DNA from: Ruditapes philippinarum
Lineage: Eukaryota
Length of the DNA: 64,000 bases
Reading direction: 5' to 3'
NCBI RefSeq assembly: GCF_026571515.1
Contig: NW_026862321.1
Location: 1-64,000 of the forward strand
Below the pieces are notes generated by a model. The model ran no database searches. It was not told where the DNA came from and saw only the letters and a program-made list of their open reading frames with translations. The translations under genes were made by a program, and so were the position numbers. Positions 12,801 through 25,670 of the stretch are shown here, in pieces (positions within the stretch are counted from its first letter, which is position 1; each line of letters begins with the position of its first letter).

Positions 12801-13546
12801 GTATTCCGTTTTGTCTCGTTACCGCCCAATGGGCGGGGTCCCCTCGTTACAGATATTCCTATTTTAACCGCAACATATGACATATATTATTAATATATTA
12901 TTCATCTGTTGACCTGTACTTATTTCGAAAATTGACAATTTAGCAATTCAACACATTGATTAGTTGGCGCACTGCATTACCAGTTTATATAACGTGCGAA
13001 ACTACTAATGTCTGATGTAAAATAAATAAATAATAAATACATTTGTAAATAACTAAATAAAGACAATTTATGGAACTTGTGTACACGTAAAATGAAACGT
13101 CACTCTCACATTAGACAAACAGTACTTGTCAAATATTGTTCATGTACATAAGACCTGATATATAAACGACTCAATCATCATCTATAATTGTATAATTTCA
13201 TATTTGGATATTGAAGGAAATATATACACCAGTATTGTCCTGCACTTTATTTACTTTCGTAAAGATCATTGGATAAACACAGGTATCTAACGAATATATT
13301 GCTTCACACGTCGGCGCAGTGTGGTGTGTTGGTAGATCTGAAGGTCTCTGGTTTTTTTCCATGATATGAAGTTTCTTTTCCCCCTTTTTTTAAGGCAGGT
13401 GTGTGTGTGGGGGGGTGATGGCTTTACTTGCAAAAATTAATTTGAAAGCGTTTTAGTACAAGTGGTTAAAAGATTCCTTTTAAGTTTTTTTTATTCACAA
13501 TTATATTTGTTTCATTTCATCATATCATTTTTACTCAAAATTAAAG

Positions 13547-14790
13547 CGCGTTACAGTTATTTGGTCAATTATGCCGATTGCCATCTAAATATCTTGCTAA
13601 ACAGATATTTGTTAATAGATTGATTAGATATGTGAGTATGGATAGACAGAAACATGGATTTATTCCAGACATATATAGATTACTGCAGAAGTATGATCTG
13701 TTGTACGTCATTTATACTTTTATTGATACCGGTGTGTTTCCATCTAAATTAAAATGGAAGAAGATTTTACAGATGAAGGTAATCAATGAATCAACAAAAG
13801 AGTTATTCTTAGAAACGTTAACGCCACAAGTGCCAGCATTAACATTTCTACTTCACCCTTACAAGATTTCCCCTCTGTGGGTTATTATTCGACAAAATCC
13901 GGGTCTAAAATGGGTTGCTGAAATACTTGCCAAGGCAGTTGGACACGGGATGTGTTATTCATATGTGCGTCGTTGTAGCATTTGCAATCTGCTTACAAAT
14001 GACATTACAGAACACCTTATGTGTTTTTGTCACAGGAAAGAGACTGAAAGACGTGCCTTCTGGAACGCTATTATATCAAATTTAGGTTTTGACCAATACA
14101 GCACATTTATTTGCCATAACTACAGATATCAATGTGAAATGTTTTTGCATATCGCATGTAAAATTATTGATAATGTACTTGTCAACTTTCATATTGCTAT
14201 CGCGCTTGCAAAACTTTTATCTTCACGTTAAAAAAAAATAAAAAGAAGCAGGCAATATAATCGCTTTATAGTATATGTAGTATTTTGCTCAGACATAAAC
14301 TGTATAGTTATTTTTTATTTACCTGCATCGTTTTTTTTTCTATGTTTTTTACTTGTTTAAATAATTAAGATCATTGATTTGTTGAGGAATAATGCTTATG
14401 ACATCCGTCTATTGATAGTCATTTATAAAGCATGTACACAAAGACGGTACCTTCACTTTCTCTTAAATTTTCGTTTTTCGATTAAGATTCAGTTATTGGT
14501 ACGGAACTAAGTAACTTTGTTTATTTTTGTCACTGAGGATGAATATAGCAATGTTCATTTTTAAAACGAATGATATAAATCATAGTCTTAACTTTCGCTT
14601 TCGTTTAAGACAACAATTTACACCCATAAGTCATACGTTTACAATTGTAAAAGAATTTCATATTATTGTATCCTTTATATTACAATGTTATGCATTTGTA
14701 TATAATTCTCTTCTGTTGTATGTACATATATATACTTTGTAAATATGTTACGCTCCCAATTTTGGGGGAAAATAAAATATAATATAGATA
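13547..14790 (+). mobile_element. 5'-truncated non-LTR retrotransposon (C-terminal part of ORF2 with CCHC zinc knuckle, plus 3' UTR)
   Basis: Open frame LQLFGQLCRLPSKYLAKQIF...GFIPDIYRLLQKYDL...G.FPSK..WKK...CSICNLLTNDITEHLMCFC to a stop at 14231. The 3' end has a short hairpin (ctcccaattttggggga), AATAAA and short AT-rich repeats. Confidence 0.8.
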
Positions 14791-14822
14791 AATCGTCGCC
14801 CCGTTATTGCGCGGAGTGAGAT

Positions 14823-14863
<41 letters not shown>

Positions 14864-15075
14864 CGCGCAGCGAAAACAAGCTCATAAGCAGGGCGCGAAA
14901 CGAGGGAGTGCGCTTATTAGCTAATTAGTTTAATAAATGACACGCGTCGCCCCACGCCCCTGCTAATTAGCGCGTTTTTGCGCCGCGCCCTGGCCATTAT
15001 AACTTATTTATTTTCGGCTTATCGCTTGGCAGGGTCACGGGGCGAAATCACGAATGGCACAAATCAGCCACCATA
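14791..15075. mobile_element. MITE fragment, family ending ...ggcacaaatcagccaccata
   Basis: Same terminus at 50470-50491 and, diverged, at ~59360-59378; GC-rich cgcgccc repeats; 38-nt A run inside. Confidence 0.65.
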
Positions 15076-15157
15076 AATATGACAGGTGGCACTAAATTGT
15101 AACCCTTATTATCGTAAATCAATAGCATGAAATGTCACATGTGCACACATAGATGAA

Positions 15158-15266
15158 TATGATCATGATGATGATGTCGCTGCTGCTCCAGCTGATTATG
15201 ATTATGATGGATGATAATGGTGATGATGATGATGATGACGATGTATATGATGACGTTGATGATGAC
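15158..15266. repeat. (GAT)n microsatellite
   Basis: Directly visible. Confidence 0.9.
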
Positions 15267-15503
15267 CAGGTAAAGGGAAAGCATGACAGGGCCTTCACTG
15301 ACCAGAATTTGGTGTAGCCAAATACACTTCAGTTCTTTTTTTGTTATTTAGCATCCTGTACAACCAGAGAAAATTTTGTAAGCAACTTGTAAACATTGTT
15401 GCCAATAAACAATATATAGCAGATGACAGATTGAGCCCCGTATGGTTATGAAAATGATGTTGAGTTTCAGAACAGTTTTCGTACATTAGCATTTATCAGG
15501 AGT

Positions 15504-16696
15504 GCAATCACCGAAAGCTACTAACACGCTGGCGTGATATCATAAAACTAACATTAAGCGTTAAAATTGTGACATTTAACTGTCCTGAATTTTGTGTGAC
15601 ATTAAGCGTTGAATGTTCAATATTCACCGTCAGGGCAATTGTGACATTGTTAGCCGTCCTTGCGACATTTAGCAGCAATGCGACATTAAACTTTGACAGA
15701 GCATATTTCAAATTCTGAAACATAAATTTTAATGGTCATAATATTTTTGTAGTACCGGACAGTAAAGTTTACTTGTGCGTAAAGTGTAATAATAAAACTG
15801 ATTGGGGTATTTAGCGTTAATTTTGCGACATTAAGGTAAGATCCCCCTTATGCATTACCTCCGCCTTGAAAAGTATTCAAACAGGCCAGAATTACTGTCA
15901 AATGCATTGAAACTAAGGGGCATGGGTTCAAACCCCAGAATGAGCAACATTTATTTCTTTCAATTTTTTTCTTTTAACATTATTCATGAATCTCTCAGAT
16001 CCCTTTTGGAAAGAAAAATCGTTTGATTTTTATTTTATGATTATTGTTGGTATTTTTTAGCTAAATAATGCCAAATTTAATAGCAAATACGATACCTGAC
16101 ATTTTCAAAGTCTAATAAAGTAAAAGGAAAATACTTGTTAAAAGTATTTCATATTTTGCAAGGTCAACCAAAATACATTTAAGAAAACTTAGGCTAACTT
16201 TGAAAACTGCCTGTGATTGTTGTAAATTATAGGTATATTTAGAATAAAAAGTGAGTGGGGCATGGTAACATTTTTATGTAAAAACAATCATTTCACTTGC
16301 GTGAATTGTAACCTGGATATCATTATTTGTTTTTTCACAGTGGTCAATAGGGAAACGTTTTTCATAATGATGATATATTGAAGATTGTTTAGAGTTTCCT
16401 CATTTCTAAAAAGGAGCCCTTCTAAAAGCAAAGTTTTATAACTCATAAACTACAGGTAAACTTTGTTATTATGTTTCATAGTGGTATCCTTTGAGGCATA
16501 TAACTGTCTTATTTTGTTATTTTATAGGTCCTTATAGTGCCCATCAGCGGTGTCTTACCTTTACAGTCCAGACTATTTGTGTGAAAGTGCGACACCTTCG
16601 GCCAGGGTTATTGCGACATTTAGCGTTTATTGCGTCATTTAGCGTCAACCTTGCAACGTTTAAATTCAAAGGCGACGCTACCTTTTAACGGTGCTT
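15504..16696. mobile_element. Non-autonomous DNA element with subterminal gcgacatt(a/t)agcgtt arrays at both ends
   Basis: Motif repeated at 15550-15840 and 16590-16670; imperfect termini gcaatcaccgaaag / cttttaacggtgc. Confidence 0.55.
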
Positions 16697-18689
16697 CAAC
16701 ATCATCCAATCTTAAAGGTACACGCAACTCGATAACGTTTACAACAACTGTTTGAAAATAAAGAACTAAAATGATACACCGTATATCTTAAAAATAAAAC
16801 TTTATGAATTGTTAGCTTTTGTGTTTCATCAAAGATATGTTTGTTGGAATAAAATATAAGGAGATGCTCAGCGCAACGACTCTGAAATAGTAATACTTGG
16901 TCAAAGGACAATTCTTGAAGAAAAATTGAAAAATATCATTATGAACTTCCAACCCAACAATTTAAATGTTTTCCGTTACAATAATAGAGATAAAAATGAA
17001 AATAGAAATACATCAACAACGCGCTTTATTTTTCTCAGTGATGGATAAAGAGGATATTTAATTGTTTTGCATGTATAAAATTGATATTTTTCTATCTTAT
17101 ATGCCGCGTAACGTCGCGCATTCTCCTATATGACTTCTGTAATGATATCTGTTTAACTCTGATACATTAACCTTGACCTTTATATGTTAGCACAATATTA
17201 TTCAATGAATGCCTGAATGGGCAGCTCATATATATAACAGGCGATTCCCGCCATTTACCAGTTCTTAGATTAAACTAGATTAATTCACATCTATGTTCTT
17301 CTTATTAATTTACTTCAGAACTCCGTATAATTACAAGCTGTATGTATACGTACACAAAATAGAAAATATTACAACGTCATCACGTCATAACTACACGTCA
17401 TCAATTTTGAAATAAAGTTCTGTTAATTTTTTTCTAATTTTGTAACACTTTTAACATGATATAAGATGAAATCGACTTTCTTTTCCTAAAGAAGGAAAAT
17501 TTGCGTATGACTGCATTTCTTATTGCCTGTTATTCCATTTAGTTATCCACATTCAGATAATTATAGTCCAGCTACAGCGAAAATTATATTTTATAAATTT
17601 CCCTTGTGCTTTATTAGAATATAATCATCTGGTATATTACAGTAAAACACTGGAAAGCATGACATAAAGTAATAAAGAAAAACAACATAGAATAGGGGAT
17701 GTAACTGCAAACATGTTTATCAGATTAATTGAAAGTGTGTCTATAATCTTATAGCTTCCTACACAAAACAAAAAATGCAAAAAGCATCTTAAATATCTTA
17801 ATGAGATACTTGGACGAAGTAAACCTGGTTAACTTGCATTTGTTCGTTCTTAGTTTTCCATGAAAAACATATAGAAATATGGGGCCATTTTATTGGTCCG
17901 AGGCTTTTGTATGGGGTATGAAGGAAATTGAATAAAAATCATATAACATAGTTTAAAACATATTCCAAATAAAAATTACTGCAGTTTACATTGTTTGCAA
18001 CTAATTACAAGTCTTCATACTGGTTTTTGCCAGGAACGACATGAAGGGAATTGATTGTTGCACATTTGGTTAAAGCGAGAAAATTGGTTGCAAACTTGAC
18101 AAAATGGCTACCGAGTACTCAATATTTACAACACTCGCATGTATTTCTTTTGTAAGTGGGTTTGTATGTGGTTTTGAAAAAAAAAAATATGCCTTTTCCT
18201 TAAAGCAATGTTCCTAATACAATCGGTTTAAGGTTTCAGCTTCCTAGCTTCTTATTTGACAAAGTTATTAAAGAAATAAACTAGTCATGTACATATTTAC
18301 GATTTACAGGTGACAATTCTGGTCGGTTTTCTACTCGTTTTCCACATCTTCAAGGTTAAAAATTCACCAAACAAGAGAAAATCTGTTTCTGGATTGGGTA
18401 AACAGACACTTTTGCAAATAATGATAATGACACACGCTGCCTCTGTTCAATCCCATCACAACCACTTTAGTGAAAATAAATCATTTGACTCCTACTGATT
18501 TTTGGCTAAATTGTAGAGTTATTTATAAACTGAAAGTACAATTTAACAGTTTTATATATTTAACTTAAGATAAAACACACAAAAACATAATTCATATTTT
18601 CATTGGTAACATTGTGTCCATTTTCTAAAGTTGGTTGAATTCAGTGGTGATTTTGTGATTTCTTACTGTAGTAAGATTTTTATTTTAAT

Positions 18690-19770
18690 TCTGATGAAAT
18701 AGCTGATACATTTTTCTTCAACATTATAATGGATTGCCAGCTATCAAAATAATTATGTATTGCAAAATTAAGAAATATCAGTACGTATTGCAAATTAGGC
18801 AAGTAAAAAAAGCTTGTTTTTAAAAATTCGACCATGGTCGAACATCCGAAAACTTGAAAAATAATCATTGAATATTTAGAGCGAAAGCTAAAAGATCAAA
18901 TTCACCAATCTAAGAGCAAGTAATGGAAGTCATATGTTTCATATATAAATGCAAAAATCCCTATAAGGACAGTATGAAATGCAGTTAGACAGAGTAGCGG
19001 TAAATAAAATAATCCCACTGTTCAATTTAAATATAATAACGATCAATATGCTAAGAAACAAAAGGTAATTCAGGAAACAATGGCAGAAACATTAACACAC
19101 AAAAACAAATTTTTCTTCAAAAAAATATTCAAATTAGTTTCTACAGAGTTAAGTTTCTAAAGTTATAGGAAAAGTTCAGAACAAGTAGATTTGACTTCAG
19201 CAAATGACAAAATTCACAATTTTGTCTTTTCTATCGAAGATTTAGTTGATTCTATCAAGAAAACAGCAAGCCCAGATGAAATTTACTATCGATTTCTTAA
19301 ACATCATCCATATCAATCTCTGGAATTACTTCTTAAGATATTTAACAACATTAACTGGTGGATATCCTAATAAATGTAGTTCTAAAGTAGCTGCGGTTAT
19401 CCCAATTCCTAAACCTGAAAGGGATAGCACTGACCCTACAACTTACCTTCAAATGTCACTTACAAGCTACTTACGCAGAACATATGATAGACTGGTAAAA
19501 ATTTCCCTGGTTTGGTATTTAGAAGTTAAAGGAACAACATAAAACAACTACGACAATTAGTAATTTCCATGTTCACCTCGAATCTTTCGTAAGAGAAGCT
19601 TTACTTGACTTCAATTTTATTCAATCTTAAAAAAAAAAGTTTTGATACAGCATAGAAATATGGTATTCCTAAAGATCAAATGTATGCAGGATTAAATAGT
19701 AGACTTCCAATCTTAATTTCTAGCTTTCTTGCCAACATAAACTTTAAAGTAAGACTTGGTTCATCTTCTA
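18690..19770 (+). mobile_element. Decayed LINE ORF2 fragment (I/Nimb/Jockey group RT)
   Basis: RAKAKR..HQSK..WKSYVS.IN, VIPIPKPERDSTDPTTY..MSLTS.L...DRLV...LVWYLE, then F.L.K.FDT..KYGI.KD..AGL.SRLP..ISSFL.N..FKVRLGS; multiple stops and frameshifts. Confidence 0.85.
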
Positions 19771-20469
19771 AAAAGCTTTCTGTCCAATATGCAGCTAGTG
19801 TATCATCAAACAGTAATAGTAAAAGTCCTGCAACACAGACGCAGCTCTTTTAAAACTGGTTACTTAGTAATATATCTTGTCATACAGAAGTACATTGTCC
19901 CCATTATTAAGCATGCGAAGAAGGAGTACAATATCTTTGACAGTTTTCTATTATTATCCATTTTTACAAATATGTTAAGTAAACAAGGGACCTAACTCTA
20001 AATAATTCTTTCAGGTAAATGCCTTAACTCTCGCTCATTATAATTAAGTTTTTCAACATTCCTATCGATACCTTTAGAGCTTTCAAATCATTCTACTTAT
20101 ATGCAAAGAATTGACAAAAAGGCACAACTTCAAATATAGCAGTCAGATTGATGGCCTTTGTATTATACCTAAGACTCGTCATGATAAGCAAGTATTCCAA
20201 TATTTATGTTGGGTAGTGAGCAACATTAAAGTTTTGGCACGAAGATGCAAGGGTTAGAGTTAACCCTAACCTGGCAGTAATCATAACATACAAGTTTAAA
20301 ACAACTGACATAGCAAGACCTCTAGTTTTTCTGTATGTTTAACAAACATATATGTGATTAATATTGTTCATCAACTGAAGCTAATTTAACAATAAGTATG
20401 TTCTATGTAACATGTATGATACAAAATAAACAAGAGGACCCTGTCTTGTATCTTTGGCTGCCTTCCATA

Positions 20470-20575
20470 AGCTAACTAGATAAGATACTCACATGAAATA
20501 ATACAAAGTCTCTGTTGGGATTTAAGCTCAAAAGGATGACGCCATCAGAGGCAAGTCAGTTAAAGTCAGCAACAA
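20470..20575 (-). mobile_element. Degraded SINE-like fragment, homologous to 45280-45370
   Basis: Shares actagataagat.c.cacatgaaa.aat.caa..ctctg..ggga.t.aa with the 45280 copy. Confidence 0.4.
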
Positions 20576-21342
20576 CTGTCCCAGAGTAACATTGTTGAAA
20601 ATAAATACACAAAACCAAAGCCATTAATAAACATATGTTCGAATGTTTATGCCCCATTATTATCCAGTGTCATATGCACTTTGATAATAAAATTAGAAAT
20701 TAACAAGAGTCAGACTTATTGGTAAATTAGATTCAGCTTGTAAAAAATATAAATAACATAATTTTTATTATGCTTATAATTCAAACAGATAAAACAGAAA
20801 TCTTGCTGGAAATTGTTTGCTTATGCTTGTCAGTAATGATTGCTGCCTTGTTGTCTTGGCATCTCCGTGCAAAACGTGTAGCCCATAACCCAAGATTAAT
20901 CATGATATTGCTTTTGGTCCACCCGTGGTCAAGGTCACTATTTATTACGAAAAAAAAGAGTAAAATAGTTTCGGACATTAACTAGAAGTAGGAATGAAAT
21001 ATTGAGACCAAACTTGGTATATAGCAAGCTTATAATCAAGACCTCAATTGGGATTGCTTTTGAAACCCCTTTGTAAATGTCACTGTTGCTAAAACAAATA
21101 GGACGGACCCATACACAGGCGATTGAAATAGGAAAATGGTTTATTTCCTTTGTTATTATTTTTGTTTAAAAGAGTGACAAAGGCTTTTTACTCTATTGTT
21201 ATATAACGAACTATAATTTTTTCTCATTTTTTCTGTTTAGAGTTTGATGACACCTCGCCTGTTTTCGCTATTGCGGAAGCACACACGGACGGAGACCATT
21301 TCTAATATCCGCTTTGCCTTTGGCGAGGAGATATAAGCTTAC

Positions 21343-21412
21343 CTGATTTAGCTTTTTCATATTCTAGTTCTCTTTGTTTAGAAGAATCTTTTTCCTTGAG
21401 TCTTTGTTTCTC
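21343..21412 (-). CDS. Coding exon 4 (23 aa + 1 nt), charged coiled-coil continuation
   Basis: ttttttgttgtag|EKQRLKEKDSSKQRELEYEKAKS G|gtaagc. 70 bp, phase 0 to 1, strong splice sites, composition continues exon 3. Confidence 0.8.
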
Positions 21413-21859
21413 CTACAACAAAAAATAATGATACAAATATTGTATTTTATTCGGTAACTTTCATAAATGTGTTTTATATAAAAAAATATAGGTTTTTTTA
21501 TTCTGTCTAACACACAATGTCCATATTTATCTCAAAAACGTCAAATGTAGTACTGTGACAATTTAGTTTCTTTCATAGAAAATCAACTTTATTGCTAGGG
21601 ACAAATAATTTATTCATGAAGAAAAGTTTCAGACGTTTCTGGTGCAATTGCACATAATTTTATAAAAGATTATTTAAACTTTCTTAAAGATTTGATCTGA
21701 CAGCTTAAATGTTTGAAATAGGATCATTTTGCAAGGTTGTTTACAATTTATCGTATGGTTTATGCCGAAATGTTATTGATATGAACTGTAAATTACAGAT
21801 CTAAGAGAAACCAAAACTTTCCATCAAGTTTATTTTGTCATAAGTATTGTTTTGTCCAA

Positions 21860-22570
21860 GTATGATAATTTTGACCCACGAGCTAAAATTTGAACAATCT
21901 TGGAAGAGGTCTATTACACAATGTTTCATGCAAAATATCTAACATCTAGCCTTTGTCAATTCATAGAAGATGATTTTTATGGTTTATGATAAAATGATAT
22001 TATATACCAAAACCTCCAAGCCTTGACTCTTCACACAAGAAGATTTTTAACTTTTTTTGTTATAATTATGTACATTGTAAAAGTCAAATACCCTCGGGAC
22101 GATGCCAATATTGACCCCAGGACTATAATTTGAAAAATCTTGGTCACAATGTTTCATGCTAAATATCAAATATCTAGCCTTTGTAAAATCAGAGAACCTA
22201 TGATCCCTGGGGAGGGGCCAATTTTGACACTAGAGGCAAAATTTTAAAAACTTTGTAGAGGACCATAGATGATATCATGTACCAAATATCATGGCAATAA
22301 GCCCAGCATCTTTTAGTTTTCGTTCTATATGTTCATAATGAAAATCATTCTCCCCCAGGGCGGGGCCATTTTTACCCCAGGGTTATTATTTGAGCAACAT
22401 TCGCCGATTTTGACATTGGACTGGTGGTTTTCAACAAGGAGATTTTTTAAATTCACTTTATAATCTGTAACACATGCACACACGCACACACGAACACACA
22501 CGCACGTACGCACACCGGCCAACAAGCTGACTCCTATATAAGCCCTTAAACTAAATTCATGGGGGTATAA
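21860..22570. mobile_element. Modular repeat element (internal tandem units + CACA/CACG microsatellite + short terminal IR), HINE/Pearl-like; intronic
   Basis: Repeated ttgacccc.gg...aatttgaa.aatcttgg...atgcaaaatatc..atctagcct units, then a cacacacgcacg tract and a tataagccc...gggggtataa end. Confidence 0.65.
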
Positions 22571-22862
22571 TGCTGATAAATGACCACCTAGTGAGCATTA
22601 TTTTTAGGCCAAAATACAACATCAGTTTATAAGCCGATGGTTCAAGAAATTATTGATGATGCATAGGAGAGAGATGGCCATCACATCGCAAGTTGTGCTT
22701 AGGTAAGACAAAAATGTGGATAACAACAGACAAAGGGCATCGCGAAATCAAAAAAAAGTTTGCTTACCTTATTGTATGCAAGCTTATTAAACATGGCTGT
22801 ATGTACATGTACTGGTATATCAATCGGAAACAAATTTATAAGTAATAAAAACAAAGTTGCAC

Positions 22863-23039
22863 CTCTTTTTCTTGGGTCATCTGTAACTCAAGGTCAGATA
22901 ATTTTTTTCTAAGCTCGTCATATTCCTCTTTAGTTGCAGAATTTTCTGTTGATTTCAAAACTTTTGTCATTTCGTCTTTGATTTGCATCAGAACTTCTTC
23001 AAAGCCGTCAGTAGTAATTATGAAATCCTTCTTTTTCAG
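22863..23039 (-). CDS. Coding exon 3 (59 aa), helical/coiled-coil region
   Basis: tttttcatcag|LKKKDFIITTDGFEEVLMQIKDEMTKVLKSTENSATKEEYDELRKKLSDLELQMTQEKE|gtgcaa. 177 bp, phase 0-0, inside track ORF 22836..23090. Confidence 0.85.
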
Positions 23040-23510
23040 CTGATGAAAAATAACAATTGAGGTATAATTGCAGCTCTTTGATTCATGCAATTTACCCTTC
23101 GATAAAACATAATTTTTAAATATAAGGTCAGACTTTATTTCTGAATTACCACAATTGTTCTTTTTATATCTCGTTATTTTGTGAGGACTTTAAAATCCGC
23201 TTATATAACATGATGTGTAGTATAGATATCTAATAGTCAGACTATACTTCTTACTTCACTTTTTATCTTAATCATAACTCACAGTGAAGGATACGTTGTT
23301 TTTGAGTATATTAACTTTTTATGGGCATGTATATTTTATTTCATTAATTAAATTTATTTAAAGCATTCGTTATTTAAATTTGACTATAATGAAATCATTT
23401 TTAACACTTTGTCAACTACCAAAAGTATGTCTTGATTTAAAGATTTCTAAGCATAACAAAACTTTTTCAGAATTTCAAACTAATAAATGTAATTCATTAT
23501 TTAGGCTTAC

Positions 23511-23669
23511 ATCTTGTAGTTTCCTGACAGCTCGTTGAGCAGCCTGATGGTGTATAAGTTCCTTTCCATCTTGAAGAACTGATAGCATATCATCAATATA
23601 GGAATTTGCTTCCATTTCCTCTAATTCCATACTACTTGAGTGAAAAACGCAATTTCTATACTGTCGTAC
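23511..23669 (-). CDS. Coding exon 2 (53 aa) carrying the HEPN-type RxxxxH motif RNCVFH
   Basis: Manual translation: ttccattcaatag|VRQYRNCVFHSSSMELEEMEANSYIDDMLSVLQDGKELIHHQAAQRAVRKLQD|gtaagc. 159 bp, phase 0-0, in frame with exon 1; matches the recalled CXorf38 segment V.K.RNEIMHSSEM. Not in the ORF track. Confidence 0.9.
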
Positions 23670-24384
23670 CTATTGAATGGAAAACAAAACTAAGTCAAAC
23701 ATACATACTTATACTGTGTTCAGCAATGAAACCAAACAAGACTCTTCAGTTAAGCATTAAAACTGTTAAGCGAGATACGCAATTGCATCTTCTCGGTCCT
23801 TTCCGTTTAACTTCGGATAAGATCCTCGAGCACAAAAGTAAGAATGGACAGAACGGATACGGTGAACAGAATTTATCCAGAAGTTAAACCCGCCTGGTGC
23901 ACAAAGTGACATGCTGATCAACATTTCTGTAAAGTTTGGTGACTCTAACTCAAACACTATAACAGCTATTTGTGACACAAAATGGTAAGGACCCCCACCT
24001 CAAGAATGACGGCATACGAATATAACCGTACCAAACACTTGCAATGGTCCAGCAAACAAAGTGAAGTTTAATGTTGGCTTAAACAATTTACATCGAATCA
24101 CAATAAAATGTGTTGCATAACAAGTTTTTAATCATTTTTATTGTGGCAGATTGTTTATCTCGCCATTTGGCCTCATAGCAATATGGACATAACACCAACT
24201 TATTGCAGTAATGAGTTAAGTCCATTTTAAATTCAATACAAGAGTATATAGCTTTACTGTAAGGTTTAGTATATATTCAGCATCAAAATGAAAGTTTTTA
24301 TTGTCATCTGAGTGCAGTATCGGTTTAATTCGTATAATAATTTCACAAATTGTAATTAAACACAGAGTAAACAAAAAGATTAAC

Positions 24385-24954
24385 CTTTGCGAAAAGATTG
24401 TTTGGTCCTGTTACATTGCATCCAATATGATTATGAAAATATTTGTTATTTATGATAACATGTAGTAACCCCGAGCAGTCAACGTCGACTGCTGATGTCT
24501 TGTCCTTGTACCCAGGAGCATTTATAAAACATTTACATATGCTCCAAGGATCATTTGTCCAATCACGGGCATCGCTGTTTCTCCAAAAAGGTGCCGGTGG
24601 TATTGATGCATGATTCTGTACAATGCTATCATAGATTGCGCCACATACGTTGTTTGGGCAGGGTTTCTTATTATTTGGAAAGCAACAGTTACATTTATCT
24701 TGCTTGTATGGACACACTCCTTTTGAGACTCGGACATGGTCTGGCTGGAGAGTTGTTATCTGACAGATGCCACATGGTACATTTGGTTTAGGAGTCTTTG
24801 TTCCTATAATTTGGTTGATAATATCTTTGTGCTGCTGTTTTCCTATGTCATCACAAAATGGTGCTAGTCCTTCTTTTAGATAACCTAAGCCTAGGCCCGC
24901 CTTGACCCATTGTCGGTATTTGTTGTTCTTTAATTGTATCTCGTGCGCCATCAT
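24385..24954 (-). CDS. Coding exon 1 (190 aa) of a CXorf38/DUF4559-like, HEPN-motif protein
   Basis: ORF MMAHEIQLKNNKYRQWVKAGLGLGYLKEGLAPFCD...FWRNSDARDWTNDPWSICKCFINAPGYKDKTSAVDVDCSGLLHVIINNKYF parallels CXorf38-family motifs as I recall them (Y.NWVKAG, W.N....W..D.WEVAK.F, D...LL..I.). Acceptor ttttcattctag lies just upstream of the ATG (exon starts 24959); phase-0 donor GCA AAG|gttaat at 24385. Confidence 0.9.
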
Positions 24955-25670
24955 GATATCTAGAATGAAAATTTTTAGCTACAAGGAAAATCAATTTAAA
25001 CTACGACTGAAAATAAACAGTTCTATGCCCAAAGTTTATCTGAGTTAATGGACCGTGACCTTTGACTAACAATGAAGACATGGTCACTATCACAAGCTGG
25101 TCATATTGGCCCTAGATCCCTCCCTGAGATTAATAGTTAGAAATGGGCATCATTTCTAAATACAGAATTAAATAACTAGATCACAATGAGACATGTCTGA
25201 CAGTGCTTCAGACAAGATGCGTACCTTTCCAAAATAAATATAGATCATAAACAGCTTTTCAATTATTTGAATAAAACATTCATTTTATTATCACTTTCAT
25301 TGCATGCTTACGCAAACCCAACGGGAAATTTTTGGTTTAAACCTTGCGAATTTGCACCAAAATCAATTAGATAATTTCTATATCTCCGCAGGTGCTGTCT
25401 GTTTGGTAATACATTTCAACGGTGTCTGGTAAAAAGTTGATACAGAGGTATTATCATAATTAACCCTGACAGTTTATTGAACGAAAATTTTACACAGAGC
25501 GGATGTCTAAAATTAAGTTCATCTATTCGCCACAAAACAAACTTTAAGTTATGTTGCAAAAATGATCAACAACGGGAATAACTCTATCTATTTGACTTGA
25601 TTGGTATGGATTTGATGAACGATAAAGTTCCCTTGGTTAGAAGAATTTTTAGACTTGGTACGAATTCAAT

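Noticed and set aside
14825-14862. 38-nt poly(A) as a retrocopy or LINE tail
   Set aside because: It lies inside the GC-rich MITE fragment, ~35 bp past the LINE 3' end, with no TSD evident.
15900-15945. tRNA gene suggested by gggttcaaacccc
   Set aside because: No complete cloverleaf or acceptor stem can be built.
23606-23978. Track ORFs 23606..23887 (+) and 23766..23978 (-)
   Set aside because: They lie mostly in intron 1 over a repeat fragment also present at ~29420-29500; the real exon is 23669-23511 on the minus strand.
24522-24791. Overlapping 71 aa and 78 aa ORFs
   Set aside because: Alternative-frame and antisense shadows of the real exon.
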